A stretch of 63,933 bases of DNA, the filler included, from Octopus bimaculoides (taxonomy: Eukaryota): assembly GCF_001194135.2 (NCBI RefSeq). It is 6 parts of 6 records of this genome, joined end to end, with 100 filler letters (N's around TTAATTAATTAA, not from the genome) between each part and the next. Parts side by side here need not be neighbours in the genome. Positions count along the whole stretch, not along the records: positions 36,402 to 46,140 come from NW_026354508.1; positions 46,241 to 53,687 come from NC_068983.1; 4 more parts are not named here. The stretch is one strand, 5' to 3'. Below, in pieces: positions 37,876-51,373 of this stretch. Under the pieces are notes generated by a model, which was given only the letters and a program-made list of their open reading frames with translations, did not search any database and had not been told where the DNA came from. Numbering within the stretch: position 1 is the first letter of the stretch; each line of letters opens with the position of its first letter. Both the position numbers and the translations under genes were made by a program.

Positions 37876-38959
37876 TTTTCATTCCTTCTCTGTTAACTTG
37901 TACGTGGTAAGCATCAAGTATAAACGTCAATCCTCATCACACAGATAGAAAAATTCTCTTGTTATTTCTAACTTTGAACTGTCACGTAAAACGAATGTTT
38001 ATATCTAACGCCGGAAGTATATTTTCTTCTTAGACTGTGAAATAACAAAATAATACAAAGGTAAGTAGTACTATATGTTTTCCTTTGACAAACTTCAATG
38101 AATAGTTTTTTGTTTAATGATTTAATACTTGTTTCTAGAATTTCGACGGAATTCTTTTCCAAGTTTATACGCAGCAAGATATAAACAAAAGAACAGACGT
38201 TCAAATAGAAGAAAAAGGAAACTTCTTTTTCAATCGCGTATTTCTAATTCTAATTCGGTACAAAACTACATTGTATGTAATTCTGGAAATGACGTAGTTA
38301 TACATCGATCTGATTTCTGGTACTGGTGGTAGTGATGCTGGTGGATTATTTTCTGTCTGTTTCTCTCTATCCCTTTGCGTTTTATGTCTACTTAACTGAC
38401 TGGTGTTCTTCGGCAAGTATCTAGTTTTACACCCGTTCTTTTCATGCACTCATAACTCACATGTATCTCTGCATCTCATTGCCCATTTGTTGATAACCAT
38501 CAGTCTTTACAGAACAAAATATTGGTCCGCTTGAATTTTCTTCCTGGCACATGTCTGTTTTGTAACGGTTGCTTCATAAATTTTCAAGCAGGAGTATAAT
38601 CGCTTTGTTCTTCCCACTTCTGAGACGGTCTGCTCCACACGAAAACACTCTCACTCTCATTTGGTTTTCTACACACACACACACACACACGTTTGCATGG
38701 ACCAGATATATCAATGTGTCTGTGTGGCTGTCTGTCTTCCTGCCTGCCCGCCTGTCTCTCTGTCTGTCTCTGTATATATGTCTATGTGTATAAGTATATA
38801 CATACATATTATATATGTGCATCCACGAGTTTGTTGTTAACCTGAGGATGAAGTTAACATGAATTCTTCTCATAGATTTACGTAACCTTCGAAGAGCTTG
38901 ATTCTAAAACCTACAACTACAAAATACCCAATCTACAAAAGAGACCATGACACATTTAA

Positions 38960-39720
38960 TCTCTCATGGTGCCATCCAATGTCATCTGTGAGAAACTTCT
39001 GTGGCAGGTAATATATGTGATTATCAGCTTTCCCGAGATATTAAGCTACAAAATCCCAGGCACCATCTTGCTGCTAAAACAATGCAGAAATCATTCACCG
39101 GAAAGTCTGCAATAGGATGAATATACTGACTAATCTTATTCATATAAACACAAGGTCAACGTTGGAACCTTTAAACATTCCCCATCACGCACAAGCAAAC
39201 AAGTTTGCCATAGTTATTTAGGGCAGAAAGGAAATGATGTTATATAGTCTTAGAAGGGCTTTGCACTGCTGACATGAGCATTTGTGCACAAAATCATCGA
39301 GCAAGAGAATATATCTGAGCAACTGCTTTAAATCTGCATTAAAAATTCACAATTTATTACAATAGCTATTGATGCAGTTGGTGAGTCTAGTAAATGTTTG
39401 AGTGATATACACGAACAGATCATTCTTTTCAGGCAAAGAATTTGATGACTAAACACTTTTATCAAAGACATTCTAGTTACGAAACAGCACAGTTTGAAAG
39501 CATTGTCCATGCTTCAACTAGTAATACTTTAAGTTTTTCTTTTCAATATTTCAGCAACGGAGCTTTCCTGTATTAGAAAACAGATCCTTCCATCATTCTT
39601 TGCAGGAAATATTCAAATAATTAAAACTGTTCCCCACCACACTCACACAAAAGCGCAGCATACCTAACTCTCCCATGTTCATGGTCATGCCATCTGATAG
39701 CAATTGTCACTATCAAATGA
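38960..39720 (-). mobile_element. Tc1-like DDE transposase relic
   Basis: Minus frame WGMFKGSNVDLVFI...LF*QQDGA (QQDGA at 39059-39073), with many stops. Confidence 0.45.
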
Positions 39721-40169
39721 ATAAGGAATCCTTTTAGTTGCCTATAAACTTCACCTAGTTTCTATTCTGTGTTCTACTGCCACTTTATATTCGAGCTCGT
39801 CGTGTTCTACCACTCATTCTGGAAACATTCAAGTTTAAACTACGTCACTCTAAAATGATCTTACATAAATATAATTCACACAAAAGCACACATTACCAAA
39901 AGGCAACATATGGCTTTAATTAAAGTTGATTGTTTTTCTTCATTGATTTCACCAAGATATTGATAATAATTCTAATCCATAATAAAAGCCTATATGTGTA
40001 TATTTTGCTTCTTGTATTTGGCTTAGATTCTTGTGAAATCGTGTACTAAAAGAGATTCCGTTGCCATAATGGATACCACGAAACACACTCAAGCAAACAT
40101 TTACACACACACACGTGTACACACATTCAAACACACACATATTCCTGCGTGTATTTGTATATATAAAAC

Positions 40170-41830
40170 ACGTGACAAATCATCCCCGGACGCAAATCAC
40201 AGCGGATCGATAAATGCTACAGCAAAGACCTCTTCCCGACGGGAATCTGCAGGTTATGATATCGATGCATCAGATAGAGATCACAAAAAACCCAGAGCTA
40301 TGTGGCTTGCTGCTACCGAAAACGTAAGATATAAAGAGTTCGAGAACAGGGTAAAGCTTTATATTAATTGACAGGATCTCCAGTGAAAAAACTGGGAATG
40401 TTTGCAAGCTCAGTATACGACACAGGAATTGGATTATATGGAGTAAAAGAATATGGGAACGCATTGGCGAAAGGAAAGAGTGGAGCAAGCAAGAAGAATA
40501 GGAAATGAAATAACCGAAGGATGGAAAAGAACAGCCTGAGAAAGCGATAGAAGAGTGCGGAACAAGACGAAAAACATGGCCTCACGCGGCTGTACGAAAG
40601 TCTAAAAAGAAAATGTCGCTATGTACAACGAAATATCCGCCGATATGAGCGAAATAAAGAAAGCAAAAGGATTCGTGAACAATTTCTGAAGAATCCCTAC
40701 TGGGTTACGAAGAAGAAGTTCACTGACCCAAGGAGTGGCACTTTATAGTACATAAAAGAACTAGATGCTTATATCCAAGAAATCAACAGCAAACCAAATC
40801 GTAGCCAACCACTGCTGCCTATAAAAGGACAAACGCATCTCGTAAAACCTGAAGTCGATTTTCAAATTATTGCCAACAAGGAAAATGAGGTTAATGAATT
40901 TGTGATAAAAGCCAAAGCAAAGAGGGCCCTGAGAGGTGAAGGCGTCTTATGTAAAGTGTTAGAACGAAATATGGAAGTGAACTACATCACGTCTAAGGTT
41001 TCTGATTCGTTTATCCGACGATGCCTTCCCATAGCCTATAAACCAAGTAAGATTGAATGTATAAATACACAAGTGGAAATGTCGGAACACTGGAACATAT
41101 TCTTTCCAGCTGTTCACTGGCATCGATAAGATATACATGGAGAGAGATTCTGGTCCTGAAGTCTTTCAACGCTCTCATCAACAATGGCAAAAGCCACTGA
41201 AGGAACAAAGCAGGGATTTCATTATCTTCGTGCGTTCATGACAGCAGATCCTGTTGAAGTAGAAAATTCCCGTGAAAAATGGTTCGGCTATTGGGAGGTC
41301 GCTGCAGATTTACCAGGATTCCAAGGACTCTACCCAATTCCAGTTACGAAAAAAAACGGATATTATCATATAGTGTGATAATTAGTAAATCTAGTCGAGT
41401 TAACAATTTCTCATGGAGATAACATGAACGCCGCTCGGACTCGAAAGGTCGACCGTTATGAAAAACTTGCTCAGGGAATATAAAGACGCAGGCAGGAAAG
41501 CAGAATATTTATTTTGTAATCGAAGTTGGCTGCAGAGGATTCATTGGAAAGAGCGTGAGGCGACTTTTGTCGCTAAGCATAACTCATCGTAAAACAACTG
41601 TCCTCAGGGGTGAAATCAAGACTACAATGGAGAAGGCACGACACTGGATTTGATCAAAAAGAGACAATGACCCATGACTAGACGAATATCTAGAGAATCC
41701 TAAGACCCAGTTGATTTAGTAAGCAATGTGCAGTGATATCGTCGAGAGGAAGGACCCGAAACGGTGCGCACTCTCTCCTGATGACCCCATTAAATTGCTA
41801 GCAGCTGATAGCACTTGCATCTGCAAGATG
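40170..41830 (+). mobile_element. HERO/NeSL-type non-LTR retrotransposon relic, RT core deleted
   Basis: N-terminal part: QFLKNPYWVTKKKFTDPRSG and KAKAKRALRGEGVLCKV (KAR.KSAPGP.G-like). RLE end: RKVDRYEKL...IEVGCRGF...EKARHWI. 3' UTR contains gacccgaaac. Confidence 0.75.
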
Positions 41831-41871
41831 TTTACAAAAAGAATATATATATAAAATATTATGTACATACG

Positions 41872-41928
<57 letters not shown>

Positions 41929-42461
41929 TAGTTGCTTACACGTTCATGCAATTATAGTTGAAACTATGCCGCCCTCGATTACATTACACCTTAGACTAAA
42001 CATAATAAATCTGTTTGTTTTAACATATCACCCGTTTAATAACTTCAGTCGTTTGACCTGCTCTCTTTCTCCTCTCTCGCGCGCTCTCTCTCTTACCACA
42101 CGTTTCCCTTTCCCTGTAACTCTACATCTCTCCATACCTTTCTCTCGATACTCAATGTTTTAATCTCCAATGAGAATTATTGCTTCTAAAGAAACCTGAA
42201 GAGGATATTTCACAGTTAATCAATTAATCATTCACTCAGAATTAACACATTGTGTCAACCGATGAATCAAATATCTAATCAAACAATCGATAAATCACTC
42301 CTCATGTCTATATTTGCCTGTCTGCCTCACTTTTATTCTCTCTCTCTTTTTCTCTTTCCCTCCTCTCTCTCTCCATATCTATCTATCTATATATCTAGTG
42401 TGTGAATATGTGTGCGTGTATATATTTCTAGATATAAGTATGAATAAATGTATATATGAAT

Positions 42462-42522
<61 letters not shown>

Positions 42523-42887
42523 NNNNNNNNNNNNNNNNNNNNNNNNNNNNNNNNNNNNNNNNNNNNNNNNNNNNNNNNNNNNNNNNNNNNNNNNNNNNNN
42601 NNNNNNNNNNNNNNNNNNNNNNNNNNNNNNNNNNNNNNNNNNNNNNNNNNNNNNNNNNNNNNNNNNNNNNNNNNNNNNNNNNNNNNNNNNNNNNNNNNNN
42701 NNNNNNNNNNNNNNNNNNNNNNNNNNNNNNNNNNNNNNNNNNNNNNNNNNNNNNNNNNNNNNNNNNNNNNNNNNNNNNNNNNNTATATATATATATATAT
42801 ATATATATTTGAGAGTGCCCGTGTGTCTGAATGCGTTTGTGCGTGTGTATGCTGGAAAAGTGCGGACACAGAGATGCTGTTCTATAT

Positions 42888-42944
<57 letters not shown>

Positions 42945-43159
42945 AAGAGAGAGAGAGAGGAAGATAAACAGGAACTTAGATATCAAATAAAAATTGCATA
43001 GATATAAAAAAAAAATACGCAGAAAACATAAATAAATAATTATAGAATATTAAGCAAATAGATTGAAAGCAAACATGTTTGAGCAATTATGTGAATTATA
43101 ACCTATATTTTGTTATACTTATCTAAACATTATTCCTTATTCACAAGCACTCGGACTTT

Positions 43160-43196
<37 letters not shown>

Positions 43197-44294
43197 ACAC
43201 ACACACTCACGTGTACACAAGCACGTTCACAAACATTATACATATTCGGCTTACACTTCGAAGTTGTGTTTTGTCCGACGATTAAATGAGAAATCTGACG
43301 GAAAAGTTAGACCTAACCAAAACGATTTTATAATAAATTGGAATCTACATTCACAACCATTTCCCAGATCAGTAAATGTTTTCTTGTTATTCTTAATCTT
43401 ATTATAACTTAATTACCATAATCTAACAATACAATTGCACAAACATGCAATTCCACACGTACATGTTTTTGAAGTTTTGTTTATTTTTGTTTCACATTAT
43501 CTGTTTAGATTTTCGCCAGCTACGCTGACTTTTTCTATTCATATATTTTGTTGTATATAACCCGTGTAAAAAAACATATTTATGTATTGCTAAACGTCGT
43601 TAAACTAAATGTGGAATTAGTGATACTGCCAACAGGTGCTGAAATTAAAAGGAGATACGATTCCATTTGGTTACAAATTTTGTTAAATCTATTACCAATC
43701 ATTGAAAAGCAAATATGAAGCATATATTTTCATACAAAGATTTGTGCATGTTTGCATGTAGGTGCATGTAGATAAATTAGAAAGAGCGCTCATACAATTC
43801 CTGAATTTCAAAGTTAGAAATAGAATAATTAGGGCAGATAGATTGTTACATACATACATACATACATACGTACATGCACACATACCTACACTTACACACA
43901 GACACTCATAAGTTCAATTTTTGATACACTTTTCAGATATAAAATATGTTCTCCTAATTGCATAAATCTGTTATCCTTTTCGCAAATGCATTAAGAATGT
44001 ACATTGTGCAGAAACTAACTAAACATGACAGCTGTTGTCTGGGACATAGATAAATATATTCCTTCTGCTACACGTTCTTGCTGCATAGAGACTCACACAT
44101 TCATATATACAGTAACGCACAGAAGTGCATGTATGTATATATATATATATNNNNNNNNNNTTCGAAAATCGATTAAAGTTGCTCATAATTTTTTTTTCAC
44201 GGTGGTGCACCAGCATGACCGCAGCCACTTGGCTGAAACACATAAATAAATATACACACACAAACACAGAGATAAGCGCACGCACGCACGCACA

Positions 44295-44504
44295 CGCAAG
44301 GGGGTGCTGAAAGGTTCCTGGCATTGTATAAAAGAAAATGCAAGTGGATCTGTTGATCATAATTGTATCCAGTATATTCAGATTCAGACACATTGCAGCA
44401 GTCTTTTAGCTTTACTAAGCCCCGTAAAAGAACGCAGAAGTCTGGGCGTCCAGCAAGACCTTTCGCGATACCGTTACAGCCAGGAACTTTTCAGCACGTC
44501 TTCG
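44295..44504. mobile_element. Mariner-derived MITE
   Basis: TIRs gggggtgctgaaaggttcctggc / gccaggaacttttcagcacgtcttcg followed by TA. Confidence 0.75.
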
Positions 44505-44928
44505 TATATACAGGCGGTCTCAGACACAAAAGCACACAGATACACACATATCCACAAAGACGCACACACCACACACACTCGCAAAGCCACACACACATGA
44601 ATTAAAGTGTCAGCGTCTTAATTATAAAACGGAGAAGCTGTGCTGAAAAAGAAACATTCATTCTTCAATATCTATTCATTATATTTGTATTTCTATGTGA
44701 ATTCTTCTGGTTAATGTTTCAAATTTCACTGCTTTAGATAAGGACCCAGACTGCAACACAGAAACAAGGTCTTTTCATACGAATTTAGACAATATCATCT
44801 GGCTGGTTACGTACGTATGAGTGGATATATGGTTGTGTCTATTTATTACAGTTGGTAGGTGTTCTCGAAAAATATAATCATGTGTACGCACTTATCCACG
44901 GGAGTGTTTGTATGTGAGTGCATACACA

Positions 44929-44980
<52 letters not shown>

Positions 44981-46094
44981 AGGACATATATATATCATAT
45001 ACATCCATATATATATGTGCGTGTGCGTGTGTGTAAATATATATATATGCTTAAATACATATGAAATGCAGAGCTAAGTACACTTATATTCGAATACATA
45101 ACATGTATATTAATATAAAGAAACTATTATGTGTGTGTGAATGTGTGTTTGTGTCTGTATATGTGTGTTTGTGTGTATCCGTGTGCAGAGACAGTGAAGG
45201 AGAGTGGAGATAGAGAAGGAGACAGGGCTTGAGAGAGAGAGAAAGAAACAAAGAGACATATAAAGTGAAGAAATCAGTTTGCTGTAGAAAATGTGTTCAA
45301 TACTAATATGTATGCACTATCACAGACATACACCAACGTGCATACATGTACGCAGTTAAACATATGCATATGTTTACAACCGCGCACGTATACACACACA
45401 CACATAAATGTGTATATACAAGCGCAAATGTTAGATGCACATATTTCAACGCATAACATTACAATGAAGGAAGAAGGAAATGAATGAATAGTTTGCTTTA
45501 GTTGGAGAGAAAAAGTTTTTTAAAAAACAACATTATTTACGTGATGCTGGTATTGAAATCTTTCATGTAACTGTTCATAAACGGTTTCTATTCACTACAC
45601 ATATTGAGTAAAAAATGAGCTATAAAAAGTATTCACTTTGCATTTTATAAGATTGTATTTTATTTTTAGCTGGCCTAATTTTTTTTTCTTTTTGTTGTTG
45701 TTTTTTCGTTTTCCTACTATGTCACTCTCAAATTGGATCAGTGACATTTTCAGAGTTCTTACAGCTGAAAGCTGTGAGAAGATATAGTTCAACATTGTTC
45801 TAATGGAATTTAATAGTTTAACTTCCAAAATGCTTTGAAACCTCTTTTGTTGACATTTATCAATGTAAGGCCGGCACAGTCCTTAATACACATGCTACAT
45901 CATACTCGAAGTTGTTTATGCAACTTCACACGCATTCCAAGCAATTGATGCTTCTAGGCATGTTTTCCACTTGTTAAGCTGCAGGGTAAGGCAGGGTATG
46001 CTTAGATTTCCCTGTCGATATGTGTCGACAGCAGTGTGTGTACACACATACACAAACACACACATAAACAAAAAAGACGTCCTCTGCCCACATA

Positions 46095-46140
<46 letters not shown>

Positions 46141-46240
46141 NNNNNNNNNNNNNNNNNNNNNNNNNNNNNNNNNNNNNNNNNNNNTTAATTAATTAANNNN
46201 NNNNNNNNNNNNNNNNNNNNNNNNNNNNNNNNNNNNNNNN

Positions 46241-46618
46241 CATTAAACTGAAACCATGCTGGAGCATCCCTTTGAGGAATTTTTAGTGGAATGAATTGAC
46301 CCCAGTACTTATTTTGATCTTTTTTTTAAAGCCTAGTACCTATTCTATCGAAATCTTTTGCCGAACCGCAGCGTTGCGGAGACGTAAACAGACTAACACC
46401 GTTTGTTAACCGGTGGTGCGGGAGAAACGCATAGGCCGGCAGGAAGGCACACATACACGACGCGCTTCTTTCGGTTTCCGCCCATCCAATCCTCTCATAA
46501 GGCCTTGGTTGGCCCGAGGCTATACAAGACACTTACATAAGATATCACGCATCAGGAATGAACCCGAAACCAGGCAGTTGGGAAACAAACTTTTTACAAC
46601 ACAACCACGCCTGCACCT
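46241..46618 (-). mobile_element. Near full-length SINE family A
   Basis: Reverse complement of the head (cacgcctgcacct) and tail (ccatgctggagca). Confidence 0.8.
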
Positions 46619-46663
46619 ACACACACACACGTGTATATATATAAAACATACGTATACATATAC

Positions 46664-46697
<34 letters not shown>

Positions 46698-47486
46698 GGA
46701 GAGAGAGAGAGGGAGAGAGAGAGAGATAGATAAATAGATAGATAGATATTTATGCGCATATATATGCATGCATACGTTCATACATATATGTACACACGTA
46801 CAGACATGCATACACACAGACATATGCGTGTACACACATACGTTTATATAAACACAAATATACACACACTGAGACGTGTTTGTGTGTATATCTGTTTGTT
46901 TTCACGTGTATATGAAAACATAAAAAGTTCTGTAGCAATATCATGCAACCTTAAACATCTATATAGACAGAAACAAATTTTATGCTACACGTTATATATA
47001 ACTGCTAACGTCTTTTATCCGCTAACTATATACACACAAATTGTTTAGCAGACACTCAAACTTGGGGTTAAGCGAAACAAAAGAATGAGGTTAGAGAGAG
47101 AGAGAGAGAGAGCCTTTAAGATTTCCAGTTGTCTGGCACAGGTACAGATTCACAGCTAATGAAAGACAAGATGATGGAGAGAGAGAGAGAGAGTGAGTGA
47201 AGGAAAGAGGAGTGTGTGTACGTGTGTAAGAGTGTATACTTTCATGGCATTAGGTTTACTTTCACAAGCACACACATATATCTGCGTACTTATATACAAA
47301 CACACATTCCCCCTCAAATACACACGGTCACACATATATCCTTTCCCCTTCGACACATATATCCTCGCCCCTTCGACTTCTTCGTAGAGTTATAAGGACG
47401 CCATCGTGACCAATGGCGTATATTGGGTATTTTTAGGGTTCGGTATATCCCTGTCCCTCTTCAGAGCTGACAAAAGTTGATTTCAA

Positions 47487-47518
<32 letters not shown>

Positions 47519-47519
47519 C

Positions 47520-47655
47520 TTAGTACTAGACAGGCACTTTATCTATTCCGAAAATATGAAAATAAAGTTGACCGACCTCGGCGCAATTTGAACTCAACGC
47601 TCACGGAGCTGGAACGATTATCGAAACGAAAATTATCCAGCAGTCTAACAACTCC
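47520..47655 (-). mobile_element. Diverged SINE family C
   Basis: aaagttgaccgacctcggcgcaatttgaactcaacg. Confidence 0.55.
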
Positions 47656-47789
47656 TCCTCTCTCTCCCTCTCACACACACGCATCAGTATCATAGAGACG
47701 CAAACTCAAACTAACGCATATATGTACAACATACTACACACTAATATACATATATGCAAATAGATAAATACGCGCGTGCACACACATAG

Positions 47790-48860
47790 TTATGGAAAGA
47801 GTAAGGCAAAAAGACTTAAGACAGAGTAGAAGAAACAGGGAGGAAAAGATTAAGAACTGGGAGAGAAGAAAGAAAAGTCCTGCATGGCAAGAGAGAAAGT
47901 AACTGAAAAGAGGCTACATAGAAAGAGTAAAGAATCAGATGAGGAGAAAGAGAGGGTTTGTGAGGCATGTGAGAAAGTATAACAAAATGTGATACAAAGA
48001 AAAAGAAAGAAAAAGTGAAGGTATAAGGTAAAAACTGAGAAAAGGCTCGAGGTATAAGAGGGAAAGTAGGAGGAAACGATTTATAAACTAAGAATAGAAT
48101 AAAGTGTGGAGGAGAAGAAAGAGGGGTAGAAGTGAAAGAAATAGAGGTGTAAAAATTAAAGAAAAAGTAGAAAGAGAAAGAGAAGGCTGTGAAAAAGAAA
48201 TTCTAAGAAGGAAAAAAAGATGTTAAAAAACGAGGTAGAGAGATGTGGGTATTAAAGAGAGCGCTGTCCAGATTGTTGTGAGGAGTAAAAATATACTGAA
48301 AAAGGAAGACAAAGAAGAAATAGAGAGAAGCAAAGACGAAGAAACAGAGCATAACGAGAGGAAAGCAAATTAGTGAGGTGGAAAAAGAAAGGATAGGATT
48401 GAGGAATGAGATGAAGTATGAGGAGAGAAGAGAAAGACGAAGAAATTCAAGAGGAACGAAGGAAAGTAAGGTAAATTGGTAGAGAAAGAGAAAGCTTGGC
48501 TAAGTAATGGAAATGTATGAGGAGAAAGAGAAATATAAGGTCTGTGTGTGAGCTGGAGTGAGAAAAACGGGAGGAAAAAGAAAGAGTAAATGATAAGGGA
48601 GGGTAATACAAAGGATAGAGTAATACAATAGCGAATGAGAAAGTAACTGCAATTAACGAAGAGAGAGAAAGAATAAAGTAAAGCGAAGACGAAGAGAAAC
48701 GATGGAGTAAATGGTGTATTGGAGTAAGAAGAACACGCAGTGAGGTAGATAGAGAGAAGTGTTACTAAGAGGGATAGAGTGAGTGCGATAGTTCGAAAGC
48801 AGAGAGTAACAGAGAAAAAGAAAGCAAAGCAAAGTGAGAGAGTGTAACGAGCCGACAGTC
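47790..48860 (+). repeat. ~1.1-kb purine-rich low-complexity tract
   Basis: Non-periodic A/G-dominated sequence on the + strand. Confidence 0.85.
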
Positions 48861-51225
48861 AGTCAAACAGAAAGACAGACAGGCAGCCTGGCTGACAAGA
48901 CTCCACATTTCCACGTTAAGTGATACATACAAACATATATATATATATTTGTATATATATATACATATATTTATATGAAGAGAGAGAGAGGGAGGGAGAG
49001 AGAGGGGGTGCACATACACACGCATACATAAGTGTAAGTAAATTACTGTATGCATACACCATACATATATACACTTGTTACTACAACCGCCTCACGCTGA
49101 CGCACACACACACATACAGAGAGGGAGAGTCTCATACGCATGCAATATAACTCTTTCCCCCCTCTCTCTCTCTCAATCTCTCAGTCCCTCCCCCCCACCT
49201 TCTCACAAACACATTTCTCGGCAATGAACAAACACAAGCGGAAGGTGTTTCGATCTAAGCGCTGTGCTCTAAGTTTCACTATGGACACTACAACTACACC
49301 AACACCAGCAGCACAACCACCGCCACTACCACTACTACCACCACCATCAACAACAGCAACAACAACAAACGGTCAAAAGTGGATTACACTCCAGTCATGG
49401 TTTCTCCGGCATTAGAGGAAGAAGACGAGGACGAAACTCCCTGAACAACAACAACAACAATAATATTAACAAATCAACACATTCACCATACCACAAGCAA
49501 TATAAACAAAACATATCTTTGATGTATAATATATATTAGTTATTATATATATATCTGTCCATCTACATCTGTCTATATATATTTAGATAGATAGTTATAT
49601 ATATATATATATTTATAGATAGATTTTATTTGTGCTTTCTGTATAATTTTTATAGCATCCTTTTCTCTTTTTCCCATTCTTTATATTTTAGTGATGTTAC
49701 AGGTATAGTTAGCCTTTCTATACACACACATATATATATATTTATATATAAATATTATTTTATTTTAATCTATCGTTTAGTTTCGTATACATATCTATCA
49801 ATCTATCTATCTGTATATATATCGTTGAGTTTATATATGTATCTCCTTTGAGTCAGTATCTAACTAGTATCTTGATATCATATCTCAAAATCCTTATCTA
49901 CCATCAATTACAAACTCTTTTATCTTCCATCGAAGAAAATTGTTGAAGTGATAAAGAAAGAGTGAGAGAAACTGTTGTTGAATGTTTTAATTGTTTATTT
50001 TCTAGAGTCAGTGGATTTGTTTATGTCGCGTGTGCGTGTGTGTATGCATGCGTGTGTGTTCTGTTTAACAGTGTAGTTTTTATTTTGTGATAGTATAGTG
50101 TAGATAAGCGAGTGTAGAGGTTACATTTCCCCACTCCGCACAGTTAAACCATCTTCCTCGACTTTTATTAATTACAAATAACATACATGTATATCTGTAT
50201 ATCAACATATCAACCTGTACATGTCGATATGTATATAGACCATATATATCTATTTGACAAACTTTAACTATGTAAACTACAGTTAAACAAAACGAACTAA
50301 ACAATTATTAGAAAAGAAAGAGAAAGAAGACAAAAACATCCTACAGAAACAAACCTAAACTTATAACGATACCAATTGTTGCACACCCCTACCTAACCGA
50401 TATCAAATACGCAAAACAAAATAACAGATCACATTGTAAAAGTTCATTTATATTTGTTGTGAGTTTTAAGTATGTATATACGTATATAAAAATTCTATAT
50501 ATATATATATATTTAAAACTCACACATATTTAAAATTATATATAAATACATACGTATATACCTGCATATAAGTTAGTTGAAATAGAATATTTGTTTTTGA
50601 AGTGATATTTCCACTTGTATATAAAGGTACATACAAACAGCAAATTAACGGGAAAAAAAGGGGGATTTTATTTTTAGGGAGAAATAACATACACACACAC
50701 AAGACAGATAAGCAGAAGGTCAGATTTTAAAACAGAAGCAGGAAAAATCAATTATTAACCACCGATATAAATCACCACCACAACAACAACATCAACAACA
50801 ATTCTTGGAAATATTTATTAATTTGTTTTTAATTCCCATTTCGTCTTCCTTTAAAACAAAATATTAAAAAAGAAAGTATTTATTTCTGATCAGTTGTGAA
50901 TTTTCTTTTCTATTTAAATTTTAACAGTTGAAAATTAGAAGAAAAATAGTAAGCATAACTTGATAATAATGCTTATAAATATATCTTAAATTACCCAAAA
51001 CCAAATTAAGAATATCTATATATATAAAATCCCTCCCCTACACTTCATCCCTATCCATTACAATAATCACCTGAAAATATAGATAATAAACTATATATAT
51101 ATATATATTTATGCATATATATATATATATATAAATTCAAATACACACATACACACATATATATATATTAATTGCAAAGTGAGAGAAAAACCAAGGAAAA
51201 CCTTGCGGATTTTCTTTCGCCAGCT

Positions 51226-51373
51226 ATGGAAAGCTGGTGTCAGCGAACATTAACATTGGGGAAGTACACTGTTACCATTTTTCTTGGATTTTTCTGCACA
51301 CTACTGGTGGAACCAATTCGCTGTGTGGACGAGCGGTTTTTGTGGAAACCAAACTCGGAAGTTGTAATACAAG
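51226..51373 (+). CDS. First coding exon of a secreted/membrane protein, probably a class C GPCR (metabotropic glutamate receptor-like)
   Basis: MESWCQRTLTLGKYTVTIFLGFFCTLLVEPIRCVDERFLWKPNSEVVIQ-G has a hydrophobic signal peptide and ends at a strong donor caag|GTAAGA (phase 1). W..x..VV(I)xG matches the segment before GD(I/L)xLGGL in mGluR-type receptors (inference). The next exon is not found in the window. Confidence 0.55.

Noticed and set aside
41740-41790. gaaac … ctgatga in the HERO 3' UTR as a hammerhead
   Set aside because: Stems II and III could not be paired in any topology.
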